NCBI GenBank assembly: GCA_044226015.1
Contig: JBGAHS010000002.1
Location: 1,223,209-1,287,208, forward strand
DNA from: Candidatus Obscuribacteraceae bacterium
Lineage (GTDB): Bacteria; Cyanobacteriota; Vampirovibrionia; Obscuribacterales; Obscuribacteraceae
DNA length: 64,000 bases
Direction: 5' to 3'
Position 1 is the stretch's first letter. Every line of letters starts with the position of its first letter. The notes beneath the pieces are model-generated. The model made no database searches. It was not told the DNA's origin and saw nothing but the letters and a program-made list of their open reading frames with translations. Position numbers and translations under genes: made by a program. Below, piece by piece: positions 18,132 through 28,475 of the stretch.

Positions 18132-20249
18132 TTAGTGCTTGCCCTGCGTTCCTTCCCAGGCGAAACTGTACTTATCTCCAGCCTCTTCGATGATTTTAGA
18201 TGTCGGCTTACCTGCACCATGACCGGTGCGTGTTTCCACTCTTATCAAAACAGGAGGCGCATTGCTTGCCTGAGCTGCCTGAAGTGTAGATGCGAATTTG
18301 AAGCTATGCCCGGGGAATACACGATCATCATGATCCCCAGTTATTATCAAAGTTGCGGGATAGCGGGTTCCTGCATGAACATTATGCAAAGGCGAGTACT
18401 TCATCAAATAATTCAACTCGCTTTTCTCGTCTGAAGAGCCATACTCTCCCATCCAGGCATGCCCAATCGTGAACTTATGGTAGCGAAGCATGTCGAGGAC
18501 GCCTACCTCTGGAATAGCAACAGAAAAGAGATCAGGACGCTGCGTTAACACAGCACCAATCAAAAGCCCACCGTTGCTTCCACCATTTACGGCAAGCATG
18601 TCCTTAACAGTGTAGTGATTGTCCAGCAGCCACTCTGAAGCCGAAATAAAATCATCAAAAACATTTTGCTTTTTGTCTTTCATTCCTGCTCTGTGCCACT
18701 CTTCACCATATTCGCCACCACCGCGAATAGATGGCTGTGCATAAATACCGCCTTTCTCCAGCCAGGCCACAATGCTTGGGCTAAACCGTGGCAGCATGGG
18801 AATGTTAAAGCCCCCGTAAGCATACAAGAAGGTCGGCAGAGGTTTTTTCTGCAATCCCAATCCCTTTTTTGCAACGATGAACATCGGAATTTTGCTGCCA
18901 TCTTTGCTGGAATAGAAGATCTGCTTCGTCTCGTAGTCATCAGGATTAAAGGCCACTGTGGGACGAGCAAGTAATTCCTGTTTCTTGGATGCGAAGTCGT
19001 ATTTGTAAATTGAAGGTGGTTCAGTGAAACTCACAAAAGAGAAGAAAGCTTCCTTGTCTTCCTTTCTGCCAGTAACCACATTTACAGCACCAATTCCAGG
19101 TGTCGCGATTTGCCCTGAGCGCTTACCATCGCGATCATATAACCACAATTCGGTGTGAGCATCTTTCAAATAACTCGCTACCAATTTGCCATCAACAGCG
19201 ACTGTGCTGCGCAAAATCTCATTTTGCTGCGGCACAAGTTCCTTCCAATCTTTAGGGCTCGGGCTGGCAGTATCAATGGAAATCAAACGTCCACGTGGCG
19301 CTTTGTCAGTCGTTTGAAAAATGAAATTTGCGCCCTCATTATCAACGAATTCGTACTGGTAACCCCAGCTGTCTATCAGGTGAACAAAGGGACTCTCAGG
19401 CTTTGTCAGGTCTTTGTAATAAACCAGATTTTCCGGGTTGGTATTTCTAGATATGCTTACAACGAGATATTTTCCGTCATCACTTAACTCCGGAGAAAAC
19501 TCCCACTCCTTCTCCTGCGCATTTTCGAGGATCATCTTGTCCTCTGACTGCGAACTTCCTATCTTGTGATAATAGACCTTGTTGTAATAATTTTGGTCCT
19601 TCAATTCATTCTTCGGTTCTGGATAACGGCTGTAATAGATGCCGCTTCCATCAGAATTAAATTCGCAGCTTGTGAACTTAATCCATTTCAGTTCATCTCC
19701 GAGATCTTTTCCCGAATCAACATCTCGAACCTTCCAGGAAGTCCAATCTGAGCCAGCTTTAGAAACGCCATAGCAGAGCAACTTTCCGTTGTCGCTTATC
19801 GAATAGCCAGCCATTGAAGTGGTGCCATCAGCGGAAAGTCCGTTAGGATCCAAAAGCACTCGTGCGTCTTTGGCATAGGGAGTCTTCGAAACATAGAGCA
19901 CAGGCTGATTTTGCAAACCGCTCAACTTCGTGAAAAAGAATAAGTCTCCTCGTTTGATCGGAGCGGCATATTTGTCATAGTTCCACAATTCGCCAAGTCG
20001 CTTTTTGAATTCTTTGTTAGAAGGCAAAGACCCTAAATAGTCGAAGGTCAGCTTATTTTCGTCGTCGATCCACTTCCTGGTTTCTTCTGATTCGTTATTC
20101 TCAAGCCAGCGGTAAGGATCTGCAACCTTGACTCCATGATATTCATCTTGAGTTGAGTCTTTTTTTGTCTCCGGATATTTGAAGTTAAATCCTGCCTGTG
20201 CTGCCAATAAAACCAGAAGCACAGAGCAACAAAGTCCAATGTTTACCAT
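18132..20249 (-). CDS. Prolyl oligopeptidase (S9A), secreted
   Basis: DPYRWLE, YGGF, GGSNGG nucleophile, DDRV, GHGAGK; signal peptide. Confidence 0.95.
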   Translation of the reverse strand: MVNIGLCCSVLLVLLAAQAGFNFKYPETKKDSTQDEYHGVKVADPYRWLENNESEETRKWIDDENKLTFDYLGSLPSNKEFKKRLGELWNYDKYAAPIKRGDLFFFTKLSGLQNQPVLYVSKTPYAKDARVLLDPNGLSADGTTSMAGYSISDNGKLLCYGVSKAGSDWTSWKVRDVDSGKDLGDELKWIKFTSCEFNSDGSGIYYSRYPEPKNELKDQNYYNKVYYHKIGSSQSEDKMILENAQEKEWEFSPELSDDGKYLVVSISRNTNPENLVYYKDLTKPESPFVHLIDSWGYQYEFVDNEGANFIFQTTDKAPRGRLISIDTASPSPKDWKELVPQQNEILRSTVAVDGKLVASYLKDAHTELWLYDRDGKRSGQIATPGIGAVNVVTGRKEDKEAFFSFVSFTEPPSIYKYDFASKKQELLARPTVAFNPDDYETKQIFYSSKDGSKIPMFIVAKKGLGLQKKPLPTFLYAYGGFNIPMLPRFSPSIVAWLEKGGIYAQPSIRGGGEYGEEWHRAGMKDKKQNVFDDFISASEWLLDNHYTVKDMLAVNGGSNGGLLIGAVLTQRPDLFSVAIPEVGVLDMLRYHKFTIGHAWMGEYGSSDEKSELNYLMKYSPLHNVHAGTRYPATLIITGDHDDRVFPGHSFKFASTLQAAQASNAPPVLIRVETRTGHGAGKPTSKIIEEAGDKYSFAWEGTQGKH

Positions 20250-20348
20250 AACACTGCCCCGCTAACCTTTTACGAGTCCACATTATAGCGCTGTGTCAGA
20301 ATGCAAATGAAAGTGCTAGCGAATTCATAAGTTTTGGGACACCTTGTC

Positions 20349-21794
20349 TCAAGGGTCGGCGGAACCAGCCTCTGTTGCAGCAACCAAGGCTGGCTCCGTT
20401 TCTGAAAACTGCGGCGTTTCCTCATTGGTACAGATTGCATCTTTGCAATATCGCAACTCAATCGGACGCAAAACAAAATATAGACTCAAGCAAATAATCC
20501 AACCCGGCAAAGCCGGAACCCCACACCAGGAATTGGATAAACCGGGAAGCAATCCCGACACCAAACTCGCGATGATACTCCCGGTGGTGAGTGCTGCAAC
20601 AGCTGCCCATCTAATGGCAGGAAGTTTTTCATACGGCACAAGAACATTCAAGTTCTCTGCAGAGCCCCAAACCCGCTTTATCAGGAAGGCCTCAGTCATC
20701 ATGATCACAGTTGCACTTGGAAGAATTATTGACGATAAAGCAGCGACCACTTCAAAATTTTTGCTGTAGCCCAAAAGCATAACAGAAGCGCTTGCAGCAG
20801 CAATCGCAAGGGCTCCAACAAGCACCTTTCGGGGAATCTTCTTCAAGTTCTCTACTGCATTAATCGTGGCATACAGTCCTGCATCGTTCACAGCTACATA
20901 ATTTATAGTCAGAACTGCTGCAGAAATTATCGCCAGTCCACCAAAAACATAATCGTTCATCAGGCGGGTGGCGCCAGCTATGCCGTGAACACCAGTCAGC
21001 TTCGCCATCATCCATCCTGTAATCGGAAAAATCACCATACCGATCAACAGAGCGACACTCAGTGGAAGAATCGCAAAGGTCCATTTTGGTTTACCAAAAC
21101 GCCAGTAGTCTGGCTCATTTCCCCAGCACGAAATGCCCACAACAAATGAGGACACCATTGTTAAACAATCGATGGACTTGAGATTAGAAGCCTCGTTCCA
21201 GACAGTGACCGGACAGGTGGAGGCTGATTTGACGAATGCTACTCCGACCCAAAATAGCAAGACCGGAGCCGCTAAGTATTTGGCAAAATTAGCTACTCCG
21301 TTGAAGCCGAAAAAGTTATTCACAGCCATCAAAAGCGCCATAATTGCTACAAATACGGCCTGGGGGATTCCAAAATCGAAAAGTCCTCTTATGCCATCTG
21401 CCAGAAATATTGCATTCAGTGCATACCAACCGAGCGAAATCCAGATGACGTTTAGCGTGATCAACCGAGCGCCCCAGCGACCGAACACAGCACGGCTCAG
21501 CATTGTGTACGAGAGCCCGAACTTAGCACCCATATAACTGGCTGGAATGCCGTAGAGCAAGACAATCAGACAGCTGAACGCAACAGAAAATACAAGCTGT
21601 TTCAAGCTCATACCAGCATGAAACCAGCGAAATCCTGCTAAGACATTTGGGAAGCAAGTCACCATCGTTATCCACAACAAGCCCATGGTAAAGGCACCGC
21701 GGCGCTCTGAAAGAGGCACGGAGGACAAAAGGTGATCTTCTGTGGTGTCGTCAGTATCCATAGTCGCTTTTCGGTGGACGAGAAAGCTTAGCAT
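20349..21794 (-). CDS. Cytosine/purine permease (NCS1/CodB-like)
   Basis: About 12 TM helices; VPLSERR, SRAVFG and EPDYWRF motifs. Confidence 0.8.
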   Translation of the reverse strand: MLSFLVHRKATMDTDDTTEDHLLSSVPLSERRGAFTMGLLWITMVTCFPNVLAGFRWFHAGMSLKQLVFSVAFSCLIVLLYGIPASYMGAKFGLSYTMLSRAVFGRWGARLITLNVIWISLGWYALNAIFLADGIRGLFDFGIPQAVFVAIMALLMAVNNFFGFNGVANFAKYLAAPVLLFWVGVAFVKSASTCPVTVWNEASNLKSIDCLTMVSSFVVGISCWGNEPDYWRFGKPKWTFAILPLSVALLIGMVIFPITGWMMAKLTGVHGIAGATRLMNDYVFGGLAIISAAVLTINYVAVNDAGLYATINAVENLKKIPRKVLVGALAIAAASASVMLLGYSKNFEVVAALSSIILPSATVIMMTEAFLIKRVWGSAENLNVLVPYEKLPAIRWAAVAALTTGSIIASLVSGLLPGLSNSWCGVPALPGWIICLSLYFVLRPIELRYCKDAICTNEETPQFSETEPALVAATEAGSADP

Positions 21795-22215
21795 GCAGTC
21801 TGGATAAACTCCTTGGGGAAACCCGCAGGATAGGTTTCAAGGTAACAAATTGGAACAGCAAACTCGCTCAATATTCCGTTGACGCAAGTGAATTATGTTG
21901 GACTAGCGCAGGGATGCATAGAAACGCGGCTCGCTTAAATGCTGCTAAGCCAAAGATTTATAAAAACCGAATTCGCCGCGCACTGAGGCTTCGCCTCGCG
22001 CTAGCCCTGCTCGCAGCTCTGGGAGAAGCCCCATGCGCAGATTGAGCGTACACCCTGCAGCAGCGAATACTCGAACTATCCCCACATTTCCGTTTCTCAA
22101 GTGAGAACAACCCAGAGCTAGCCAGTCACATCAGCAAAAAGCAAGAGCATTGAAGCCATTAACAGCTTCTGGGCGGGGAGTGTTTCTGAACAAACCTTTT
22201 TCTCGAGGGACAAGC

Positions 22216-23340
22216 ATGAAGTCTTTCTACACACAGCAATTTCTCACAACGCTGCTCATCGCGAGCTGCTGGTTCGGCGGCATCGCAGCTCTCAGTCGCA
22301 CCGACATGACTCCGCACTCACACGTGGCTCTGCGGACTGAAGAAAAGTCGCCAGACCACCAGTCAAAGACTGTTACTGAGCCTCGCGACCCGGACAAAAC
22401 GGGCGAAACCTCGCGCGTCCACCATCGCGATGGATTCGACAACGAGCGCAAAACTGAGATCACCTTCGCCGATAAGACGCAGGCTCTCATCGAGTACAGT
22501 GTCTTCGGCAAACCTGCCAAAGTCACTGAGACCTACAAAGACGGCAGCAGCCAGCTGTTCTTCTTCGACCCCATCAAGGGTCAGTTGCAGCGCATCGAAT
22601 CGGTGCGTCCTGATGGCACGCTCGCCATTCGCTCGCAACCGGTCAAGAACACTCTTCAGCGGCAGTTCTTCAGCACCGATGGCAAGACGCTGCGCTGCAA
22701 ACTGAGCATGGAAGAGGGCAAGACCAGCGCTGAAATCTTCAGAGCCGACGGCACACTGGAGGCTCGCTATGAGGAAATCAGCACCGGTGAAGATTCAGCA
22801 GCAGAACACAAAGTCAGCCTGAAAGTCTTCGACAAATCAGGCAAGAAACTGCTGCGAGAAGAGACGCTCGAAAACAAGACTGATGAATTGTCGATGGCTG
22901 AGTACGAACACGAGGGCTACTCTCCGCAGTCGCTCGTTGTTAAAACCTTCTGGGACAACGGCAAGATTCGCTCTGAGCAAGAGTGGGATACTTACGGTGG
23001 TGCCAATGCAACGCTCAAACAAGCCATCGACTACAACGAAGATGGCAAGAAAACACGCTGCACCAGCACCTGTTACGAGAAGATCGCTGAAGAGTACGCC
23101 AATTTCCGTGTCGAAAATTACGGCGCGTATTCGCAGGTCGAGAGCACCATCTTCGTCAACAGCAGCCACAAAGTGCTGAAGCAGTCCACCATGGAAAACG
23201 GCGCTCTCAAAGAGAGCACGCCGACAAACAAAGTGCTAGAGCAAAGCCCGGCGACTCCGCCGAGCCTGTTCAGCTACCCGCAAGAATTCTTCCGGGCTTC
23301 GCTCGAAGGAAACCACTTGCGACAGATTTTCTCTGAGTAA
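22216..23340 (+). CDS. Membrane-anchored beta-hairpin (MORN/YwqK-like) repeat protein
   Basis: N-terminal hydrophobic segment; repeated xxDGxL turns (RPDGTL, STDGKTL, RADGTL, WDNGKIR); GAGGGA RBS. Confidence 0.7.
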   Translation: MKSFYTQQFLTTLLIASCWFGGIAALSRTDMTPHSHVALRTEEKSPDHQSKTVTEPRDPDKTGETSRVHHRDGFDNERKTEITFADKTQALIEYSVFGKPAKVTETYKDGSSQLFFFDPIKGQLQRIESVRPDGTLAIRSQPVKNTLQRQFFSTDGKTLRCKLSMEEGKTSAEIFRADGTLEARYEEISTGEDSAAEHKVSLKVFDKSGKKLLREETLENKTDELSMAEYEHEGYSPQSLVVKTFWDNGKIRSEQEWDTYGGANATLKQAIDYNEDGKKTRCTSTCYEKIAEEYANFRVENYGAYSQVESTIFVNSSHKVLKQSTMENGALKESTPTNKVLEQSPATPPSLFSYPQEFFRASLEGNHLRQIFSE

Positions 23341-23430
23341 TTCGCCGCAAGCGCAAGGAGGCGCGACTACCCCCCGCCTGAATGTTCAGGCGGGGGTGCC
23401 CGAAACTAGAACTCAACTGGGAGTCTACCC

Positions 23431-24183
23431 TTGTTACGTCTATTTCTCGTACTGAGCGTCTCCATCCTCTTCGGTTTACTGAGCGGCTTGTGCTGCCGCA
23501 CCGATAAGAATCGCCTCTTCCTCTTCGCCGGACTCGGCGGACTGGCTGGAGTTATTGCAGCAGCAATGCTGCAAATGTTCTACCCGGTGCTCTTCGACCA
23601 CTTCTTCTCCTGCGACAGCTGGTTTGAATGGGTCAAGTACGCTGGCACCGGCTACTCGCTGATGCTGCTTCCACGAAGTCTCATCCTTCTGCCCATTGGC
23701 TTCGCTGGCGGCTTTGCTTTGAGCAAGCTTGTTCGTCCAAGTCAACCACTGAGCAGTGGCTGGCCAGTTGCAGCTTTTGCAACTTGCTTTCTGCTCATCT
23801 GGGGCTTCGAAGCGGAGCATCTGCCTGGCGAAGTGCAAACCCGTGTTTGTGTCTACCGATTTACCGACGAAAACCTGACGGAAGAGCAATCGGATGAGTG
23901 GAACAAGTTCCTTGACTGGAACTGGAGTCCCCATTTCCACTACGAAGTCTATTCTCGAGACACGATGCCACGCGCACTGCAGTTGCTGCTGAACGCCCGA
24001 GACATCTTCACAAACCAACATGAGCAGCCACATCTCGGTGGCTCTACTTTTGTGTTTGTGAAGGAGTACTGGGTCAAAGGACAACGCAAAAGTGTCATCA
24101 CAACGACCAAGACCGGCTTCAAAGATGCGTTTGAACTCGGAGAGTTCTACCGCAACTTTGCTCGCAGTCGCTGCACACCGTGA
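23431..24183 (+). CDS. Membrane protein with a soluble C-terminal domain
   Basis: About 4 TM segments then a hydrophilic domain; GGGAG RBS, TTG start. Confidence 0.65.
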   Translation: MLRLFLVLSVSILFGLLSGLCCRTDKNRLFLFAGLGGLAGVIAAAMLQMFYPVLFDHFFSCDSWFEWVKYAGTGYSLMLLPRSLILLPIGFAGGFALSKLVRPSQPLSSGWPVAAFATCFLLIWGFEAEHLPGEVQTRVCVYRFTDENLTEEQSDEWNKFLDWNWSPHFHYEVYSRDTMPRALQLLLNARDIFTNQHEQPHLGGSTFVFVKEYWVKGQRKSVITTTKTGFKDAFELGEFYRNFARSRCTP

Positions 24184-24275
24184 CTCGGTCGCGCCTCCAG
24201 ATAGGTACAAGGAAGTACCTGTCTAGGGGTGCGTTGAATTGGGCTAACACCCCAATTCAACATTTTGCCAGAATC

Positions 24276-24292
24276 TACTACACCCCATCGTA
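24276..24292. other. Islet-end palindromic motif (TACTA-N7-TCGTA)
   Basis: TACTA cacccca TCGTA then TTAAATCAAAAAA, at the junction of convergent islets. Confidence 0.6.
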
Positions 24293-24368
24293 TTAAATCA
24301 AAAAAGATCTAAAAGGAAGCAAGCAGCAAAGCTTGCCGCATACTTCCTTTTGACCTAGCTCAAAAAAC

Positions 24369-24644
24369 TCAGGCTTCGCGAGCACAAGCAATAACCCCAC
24401 CTATCAATGCAAAGCAGAACAATGCAGGAATGCTAGCAAACCCGCTAAACAGCACAGCGCAAGTGATGACAGCAGCAACTCCAGCCACAAACAGCAATGC
24501 GAAAAACGCAAAGTAGCTAATGCTATCTACTGGACCTGACATGGATAAGCGAATCATCAATCGAAGAACCACAAAGCCGGCCAGACCAGCCAGAAAGACA
24601 GACAGAAGTGCCTGAGCAAGAGCGAAATCACTAAAGACATTCAT
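24369..24644 (-). CDS. Small 3-TM membrane protein (paralog of 24740..25027)
   Basis: Hydrophobic; AGFVVLRL...IPALFC shared with its neighbour. Confidence 0.7.
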   Translation of the reverse strand: MNVFSDFALAQALLSVFLAGLAGFVVLRLMIRLSMSGPVDSISYFAFFALLFVAGVAAVITCAVLFSGFASIPALFCFALIGGVIACAREA

Positions 24645-24685
24645 TTACCAAACAGCCTATTTAAGAGATAGATGGGAAGCAAAGA

Positions 24686-24712
24686 AGCAGCCGGGCGACT
24701 TGCCCGGCTGCT
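24686..24712 (-). terminator. Repeated hairpin, copy 1
   Basis: AGCAGCCGGGC-gactt-GCCCGGCTGCT with a pyrimidine tract on the - strand. Confidence 0.7.
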
Positions 24713-24739
24713 CGAGAAGAAATTCAGGAGCAGGTTCGC

Positions 24740-25027
24740 TCAGGCTCTTGAGCCACAGCCGAACGCCGCACCAATAAATCCCAAGCAAATCAGCGCAGGA
24801 ATTCCAGCATGCCCGATGAAGAGCATGACGATGGTGGCAACTGCAGCGATTGCCGCGAACACGAGGAACACGAAAAAACCAACTGCATTTCCCATTCGCT
24901 CATCAGCAGATTGCGCTGGATACAGCCCCGTAATGAAACGGAGAATCCAGTACCCCGCGCCCAGCGCGAGGAATGCATAGACAATGGACAGAACGAACGC
25001 AAGCGGGTCGTTGAATGAAATGGTCAT
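24740..25027 (-). CDS. Small 3-TM membrane protein (paralog of 24369..24644)
   Basis: Hydrophobic; AGYWILRF...IPALIC. Confidence 0.7.
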   Translation of the reverse strand: MTISFNDPLAFVLSIVYAFLALGAGYWILRFITGLYPAQSADERMGNAVGFFVFLVFAAIAAVATIVMLFIGHAGIPALICLGFIGAAFGCGSRA

Positions 25028-25050
25028 GGCATTGTACTTTCATGAGGAAA

Positions 25051-25077
25051 AGCAGCCGGGCGAGATGCCCGGCTGCT
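25051..25077 (-). terminator. Repeated hairpin, copy 2
   Basis: AGCAGCCGGGC-gagat-GCCCGGCTGCT; 11-bp stem identical to copy 1; T tract on the - strand. Confidence 0.7.
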
Positions 25078-25108
25078 CAGAGTTGAGAAAGAAACTTGAG
25101 GGGAGTCC

Positions 25109-26236
25109 TCACTTTGCATTCACGAAAAACGACCAGGACTGAGGGTCATTCACTGAATGCTGAAAGGGCTTGCCGTCCAGGTCGTAGACGTAGCCAATCT
25201 TGTCATTGCCACCAGGGTAGCTGCGCAACCCATCAGGCACGAAGCCGCGAGTGCGAGGCTGATACACATGCACCTCGCTCTTTCCTTCCTTGAACTCTTC
25301 ATGACTGACGGTGCGACTTTCCATGTCAAACTCGCGACGCATCTCAAGAACACCCGTCTTGGAAAACCGCTCGTGGCGCAGGAGCGCGCCGTTCGAACGA
25401 ACCCAGACCTTGTGCTCGATAGTTACGCCGTCGTCGCCAAAAGCCTCGCTGTAGGCAAGCTGGTAGAACGGACGTTCCCAGTCTTCTCCGACCAGACGCC
25501 AGACCTGACGACACTTGAGTTTGTCCTTTTCGCTGTAGCGAAACTCCAACGAACCATCAGGAAGAGCCTTGCCTGTGTGCTCACAGACGCCTTTTTCGTC
25601 GAAGTACTCCCAGCTGACCAGTTGCTGTCCTTGACGCTGAATGCGCAGACGAATCTGCTTATGTTCAGCATCCCAGAAAACACGATCCTCATTTACGACC
25701 GTGTTAGTGCTGGAGGCTTCCTTTCGACCGCTGTCCGTGTAATCGACAGTCGTAGCACGACCATCAGCGAAGAGCGTCTGTTCTTGCACAAGTTTCCCTG
25801 CACTAAAAAAGCTACGCTTAACGCTGCCGTCAGCTGCGCTCTCCGCTAATGTTTCGACGCTACCGTCCTTTCTGTAGCGCCACGATTTCTTGATGCGCCG
25901 ACCGCTGTCGTCGTATTCAGCCCGGTACATCGGGCTGCCATCCTCACTCTCGACCCAAACCACGCTGAGCTTGTTGCCTTCGCCGAAGCAGAGGTGCGCA
26001 ACGCTCTTGTCCGCTCGAAAGCGATGCACCACCTCTCGGCCTGAGGACGACTGCTGATCCTGTGTACTGAAGTACGGCGTCGCCTCATCCTCGAGCTGTG
26101 GCAGCCCCGGCACCTGGGAGAGCTGCGGTGTGTAGACGAAGGATGGAGGGGTGACGGGCTGGCTTCCGAACCAGAGACCGAGGAGCAGCAGCAGCGTGGC
26201 AAAGCATCCAACACCGAGATTCTTGAAACGATTCAT
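25109..26236 (-). CDS. Membrane-anchored beta-hairpin (MORN/YwqK-like) repeat protein, paralog of 30131..31291
   Basis: AAAGGA RBS; TM anchor; YRAEYDDSG, SWEY, GEDW and FFVNAK shared with the paralog. Confidence 0.75.
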   Translation of the reverse strand: MNRFKNLGVGCFATLLLLLGLWFGSQPVTPPSFVYTPQLSQVPGLPQLEDEATPYFSTQDQQSSSGREVVHRFRADKSVAHLCFGEGNKLSVVWVESEDGSPMYRAEYDDSGRRIKKSWRYRKDGSVETLAESAADGSVKRSFFSAGKLVQEQTLFADGRATTVDYTDSGRKEASSTNTVVNEDRVFWDAEHKQIRLRIQRQGQQLVSWEYFDEKGVCEHTGKALPDGSLEFRYSEKDKLKCRQVWRLVGEDWERPFYQLAYSEAFGDDGVTIEHKVWVRSNGALLRHERFSKTGVLEMRREFDMESRTVSHEEFKEGKSEVHVYQPRTRGFVPDGLRSYPGGNDKIGYVYDLDGKPFQHSVNDPQSWSFFVNAK

Positions 26237-26486
26237 GCTTGTCCTTTCTGAAGACAGTGGTAGAAAAAACAGTCCTGTAGATTGCACCTTGAAGCACATA
26301 AAGGAGTTATTGAACTGACTTGGGTGGCTTTCTTAGCGACTAACTCCAGATGTGCTCAGGTGAAACAGGTGACAGTTCCACGCTAGACCGGCGAAACACC
26401 CTCAGGGAAGTAGTTCTAAAAGAATTTCATGGGAGATTTCCCATGAGTTCAATGACTGATAGATCAGGTTAGCGCAAAGTGTTTAT

Positions 26487-27035
26487 GTGGTAGGAATGTC
26501 TTGGAGATTTAGTTTCCGGTCCGATATTACAAAGGAGCCTATTTTGACTGAACCTGAGAATTCTCAAAATGATATGAAGAGCGAGCCAGGCGATGCTGCA
26601 TCCGCTCAAAGAGTTCAGGCTCCAAGAAGAAGCATAATGGATGTTGCAGGCGAAACCATTCGCTACATCGAGCGTGCCGAGAAAGATAAGACGCTTCACG
26701 TAAGGACTAATGACAGAAAATCGGCCGTGTTTATGGCGATCTCTCTCATTCTAGGTGTCGCCTTTACAGCTTTGTACATGCTGAATGAATCATCACGCCA
26801 ACTCTGCATTGTAATGGCTCTTATTGCTGATGCGTTTCTAGGCCTTTCGATACTCTGGTATGTACTGCTTCGCTTCGGCGTGTTGAGAACAGTTGAACCC
26901 AGGCATGCTTTGCTTTGCTGGCAATTGATGCTCGGCGCAGGCGTGCTTTTTGCGTTTTACACTATGAACATTGCCTTTGCTTTTTTCACTGTCTACAGCA
27001 CCTACCATCCTGCCACTCCGCCAAGTACTTTGTAA
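26487..27035 (+). CDS. Hypothetical 3-TM membrane protein
   Basis: Three hydrophobic helices in the C-terminal half; start uncertain. Confidence 0.7.
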   Translation: MVGMSWRFSFRSDITKEPILTEPENSQNDMKSEPGDAASAQRVQAPRRSIMDVAGETIRYIERAEKDKTLHVRTNDRKSAVFMAISLILGVAFTALYMLNESSRQLCIVMALIADAFLGLSILWYVLLRFGVLRTVEPRHALLCWQLMLGAGVLFAFYTMNIAFAFFTVYSTYHPATPPSTL

Positions 27036-27126
27036 TCAAAATTGGGCGAAGTTCGTCTTGAACATTCCGCAGCTTATATTTGCTCAGGGGAATAAACAGA
27101 TCAGTCCCTGAGAAATTTTGGCGTCT

Positions 27127-28467
27127 ATGGCTCACAGTAAAAGCACTTCACAGCAATTCCTGGTTGATCACCTCCTCAGGCGAGCGGGTTTCAATAGCAC
27201 GCTGCAAGAACAGCGGTATTACAACGAACTAGGCTTTGAAAAAAGCCTGGATGAATTGCTTCATCCCGAAAAGATAGAAAATTCTGCACTGAACAAAATA
27301 ATCGACGAACAGAACTTTGACTTTACCGATATTGCTGACCTGCGCCGCTGGTGGATCTACCGCATGATGTTCACGCGCGCACCACTTGAAGAAAAAATCT
27401 GCCTCTTCTGGCACGGTCATTTCGCTACTTCCAACGCGGGCAAAGTCAACAACCCCTACCTTATGTACCAGCAAAATTTGACTTTTCGCAAGTACGGACT
27501 GGGCAGGTTCGAAGACTTATTGCTGGCTGTTTCTCGTGACCCCGCCATGATTATCTGGTTGGACAATAAAGAGAATCGCAAAAATAGACCCAACGAAAAC
27601 TACGCCAGAGAAGTTATGGAACTTTTCACAATGGGCATCGGCAATTACAGCGAAACAGATGTGAAAGAAGCTGCTCGAGCATTCACAGGATGGGCAGCAC
27701 CGAGCGAATTTTATTTCAACAAGAAACATCACGACTACGGGCAAAAAACCTTTCTGGGACAAGCTGGAAACTATGGGGGCGAAGACATCGTTCGCATTCT
27801 GGCAGCGCGCCCAGAGACAGCCAAATACCTCAGTCGCAAATTGATTGCTTTCTTCTGTCTTGATTCTAACGACGAAGCCTTCATCAATCGCATTTCACAG
27901 GTCTATCTATCTAGTAACCAGGAGATTCGAAAGGTGCTAAGAGCAATTTTTGAATCAGACGAATTCAGAAGTGAGCAAGCCTATCACGCCAAAATAAAGA
28001 GCCCGGCTGAGTTTGTAATTGGCACCATGAAATTGCTTCATGTCGACAAACTGGATGGCGACCTGCCCAGCGTGATGGCTCGAATGGGACAAAATCTTTT
28101 CGAACCACCAAACGTAAAAGGCTGGGACGGAGGGCTCTCCTGGATTGCGACCGACACCCTGATGGAACGATTTAATTTCGCCAATCGCATAAGCTCTCAG
28201 AAGTTTGATGCAAAAGAAGGCTACATAAATCCAGAAGTGCTATCACACCAATACGGCTCTACAAGCGCTAAAGATATGGTTGACTACTTCCTTGCGCGCC
28301 TCGTAGATGCTGACGTTCCTAGCACCACTAAAAAGAAACTTCTCGAATACGTTTCAACAATAGACAATAAAGAACTTACAAACATTCCTGATGCCAAAAC
28401 TCTAGACATGAAAATGCGTGGGCTACTCCACCTGATTATGACTCTGCCGTCCTACCAATTAGCTTGA
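27127..28467 (+). CDS. DUF1800 family protein
   Basis: HLLRRAGF, FWHGHFAT, PNENYAREVMELFTMG, PPNVKGW, end YQLA. Confidence 0.9.
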   Translation: MAHSKSTSQQFLVDHLLRRAGFNSTLQEQRYYNELGFEKSLDELLHPEKIENSALNKIIDEQNFDFTDIADLRRWWIYRMMFTRAPLEEKICLFWHGHFATSNAGKVNNPYLMYQQNLTFRKYGLGRFEDLLLAVSRDPAMIIWLDNKENRKNRPNENYAREVMELFTMGIGNYSETDVKEAARAFTGWAAPSEFYFNKKHHDYGQKTFLGQAGNYGGEDIVRILAARPETAKYLSRKLIAFFCLDSNDEAFINRISQVYLSSNQEIRKVLRAIFESDEFRSEQAYHAKIKSPAEFVIGTMKLLHVDKLDGDLPSVMARMGQNLFEPPNVKGWDGGLSWIATDTLMERFNFANRISSQKFDAKEGYINPEVLSHQYGSTSAKDMVDYFLARLVDADVPSTTKKKLLEYVSTIDNKELTNIPDAKTLDMKMRGLLHLIMTLPSYQLA

Positions 28468-28475
28468 GGTGCTTG

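Noticed and set aside
21795..22215. Riboswitch upstream of the NCS1 permease
   Set aside because: I could not recognise any purine, TPP or ykkC consensus. An Rfam scan would be needed.
24274..24305. Junction motif as the chromosomal dif site
   Set aside because: Only one arm resembles the XerD site, the XerC-like arm is absent, and the motif is multicopy.
24686..25077. Repeated hairpins as integron attC sites
   Set aside because: The stems are short and perfect, lack RYYYAAC/GTTRRRY ends and extrahelical bases, and no intI is present.
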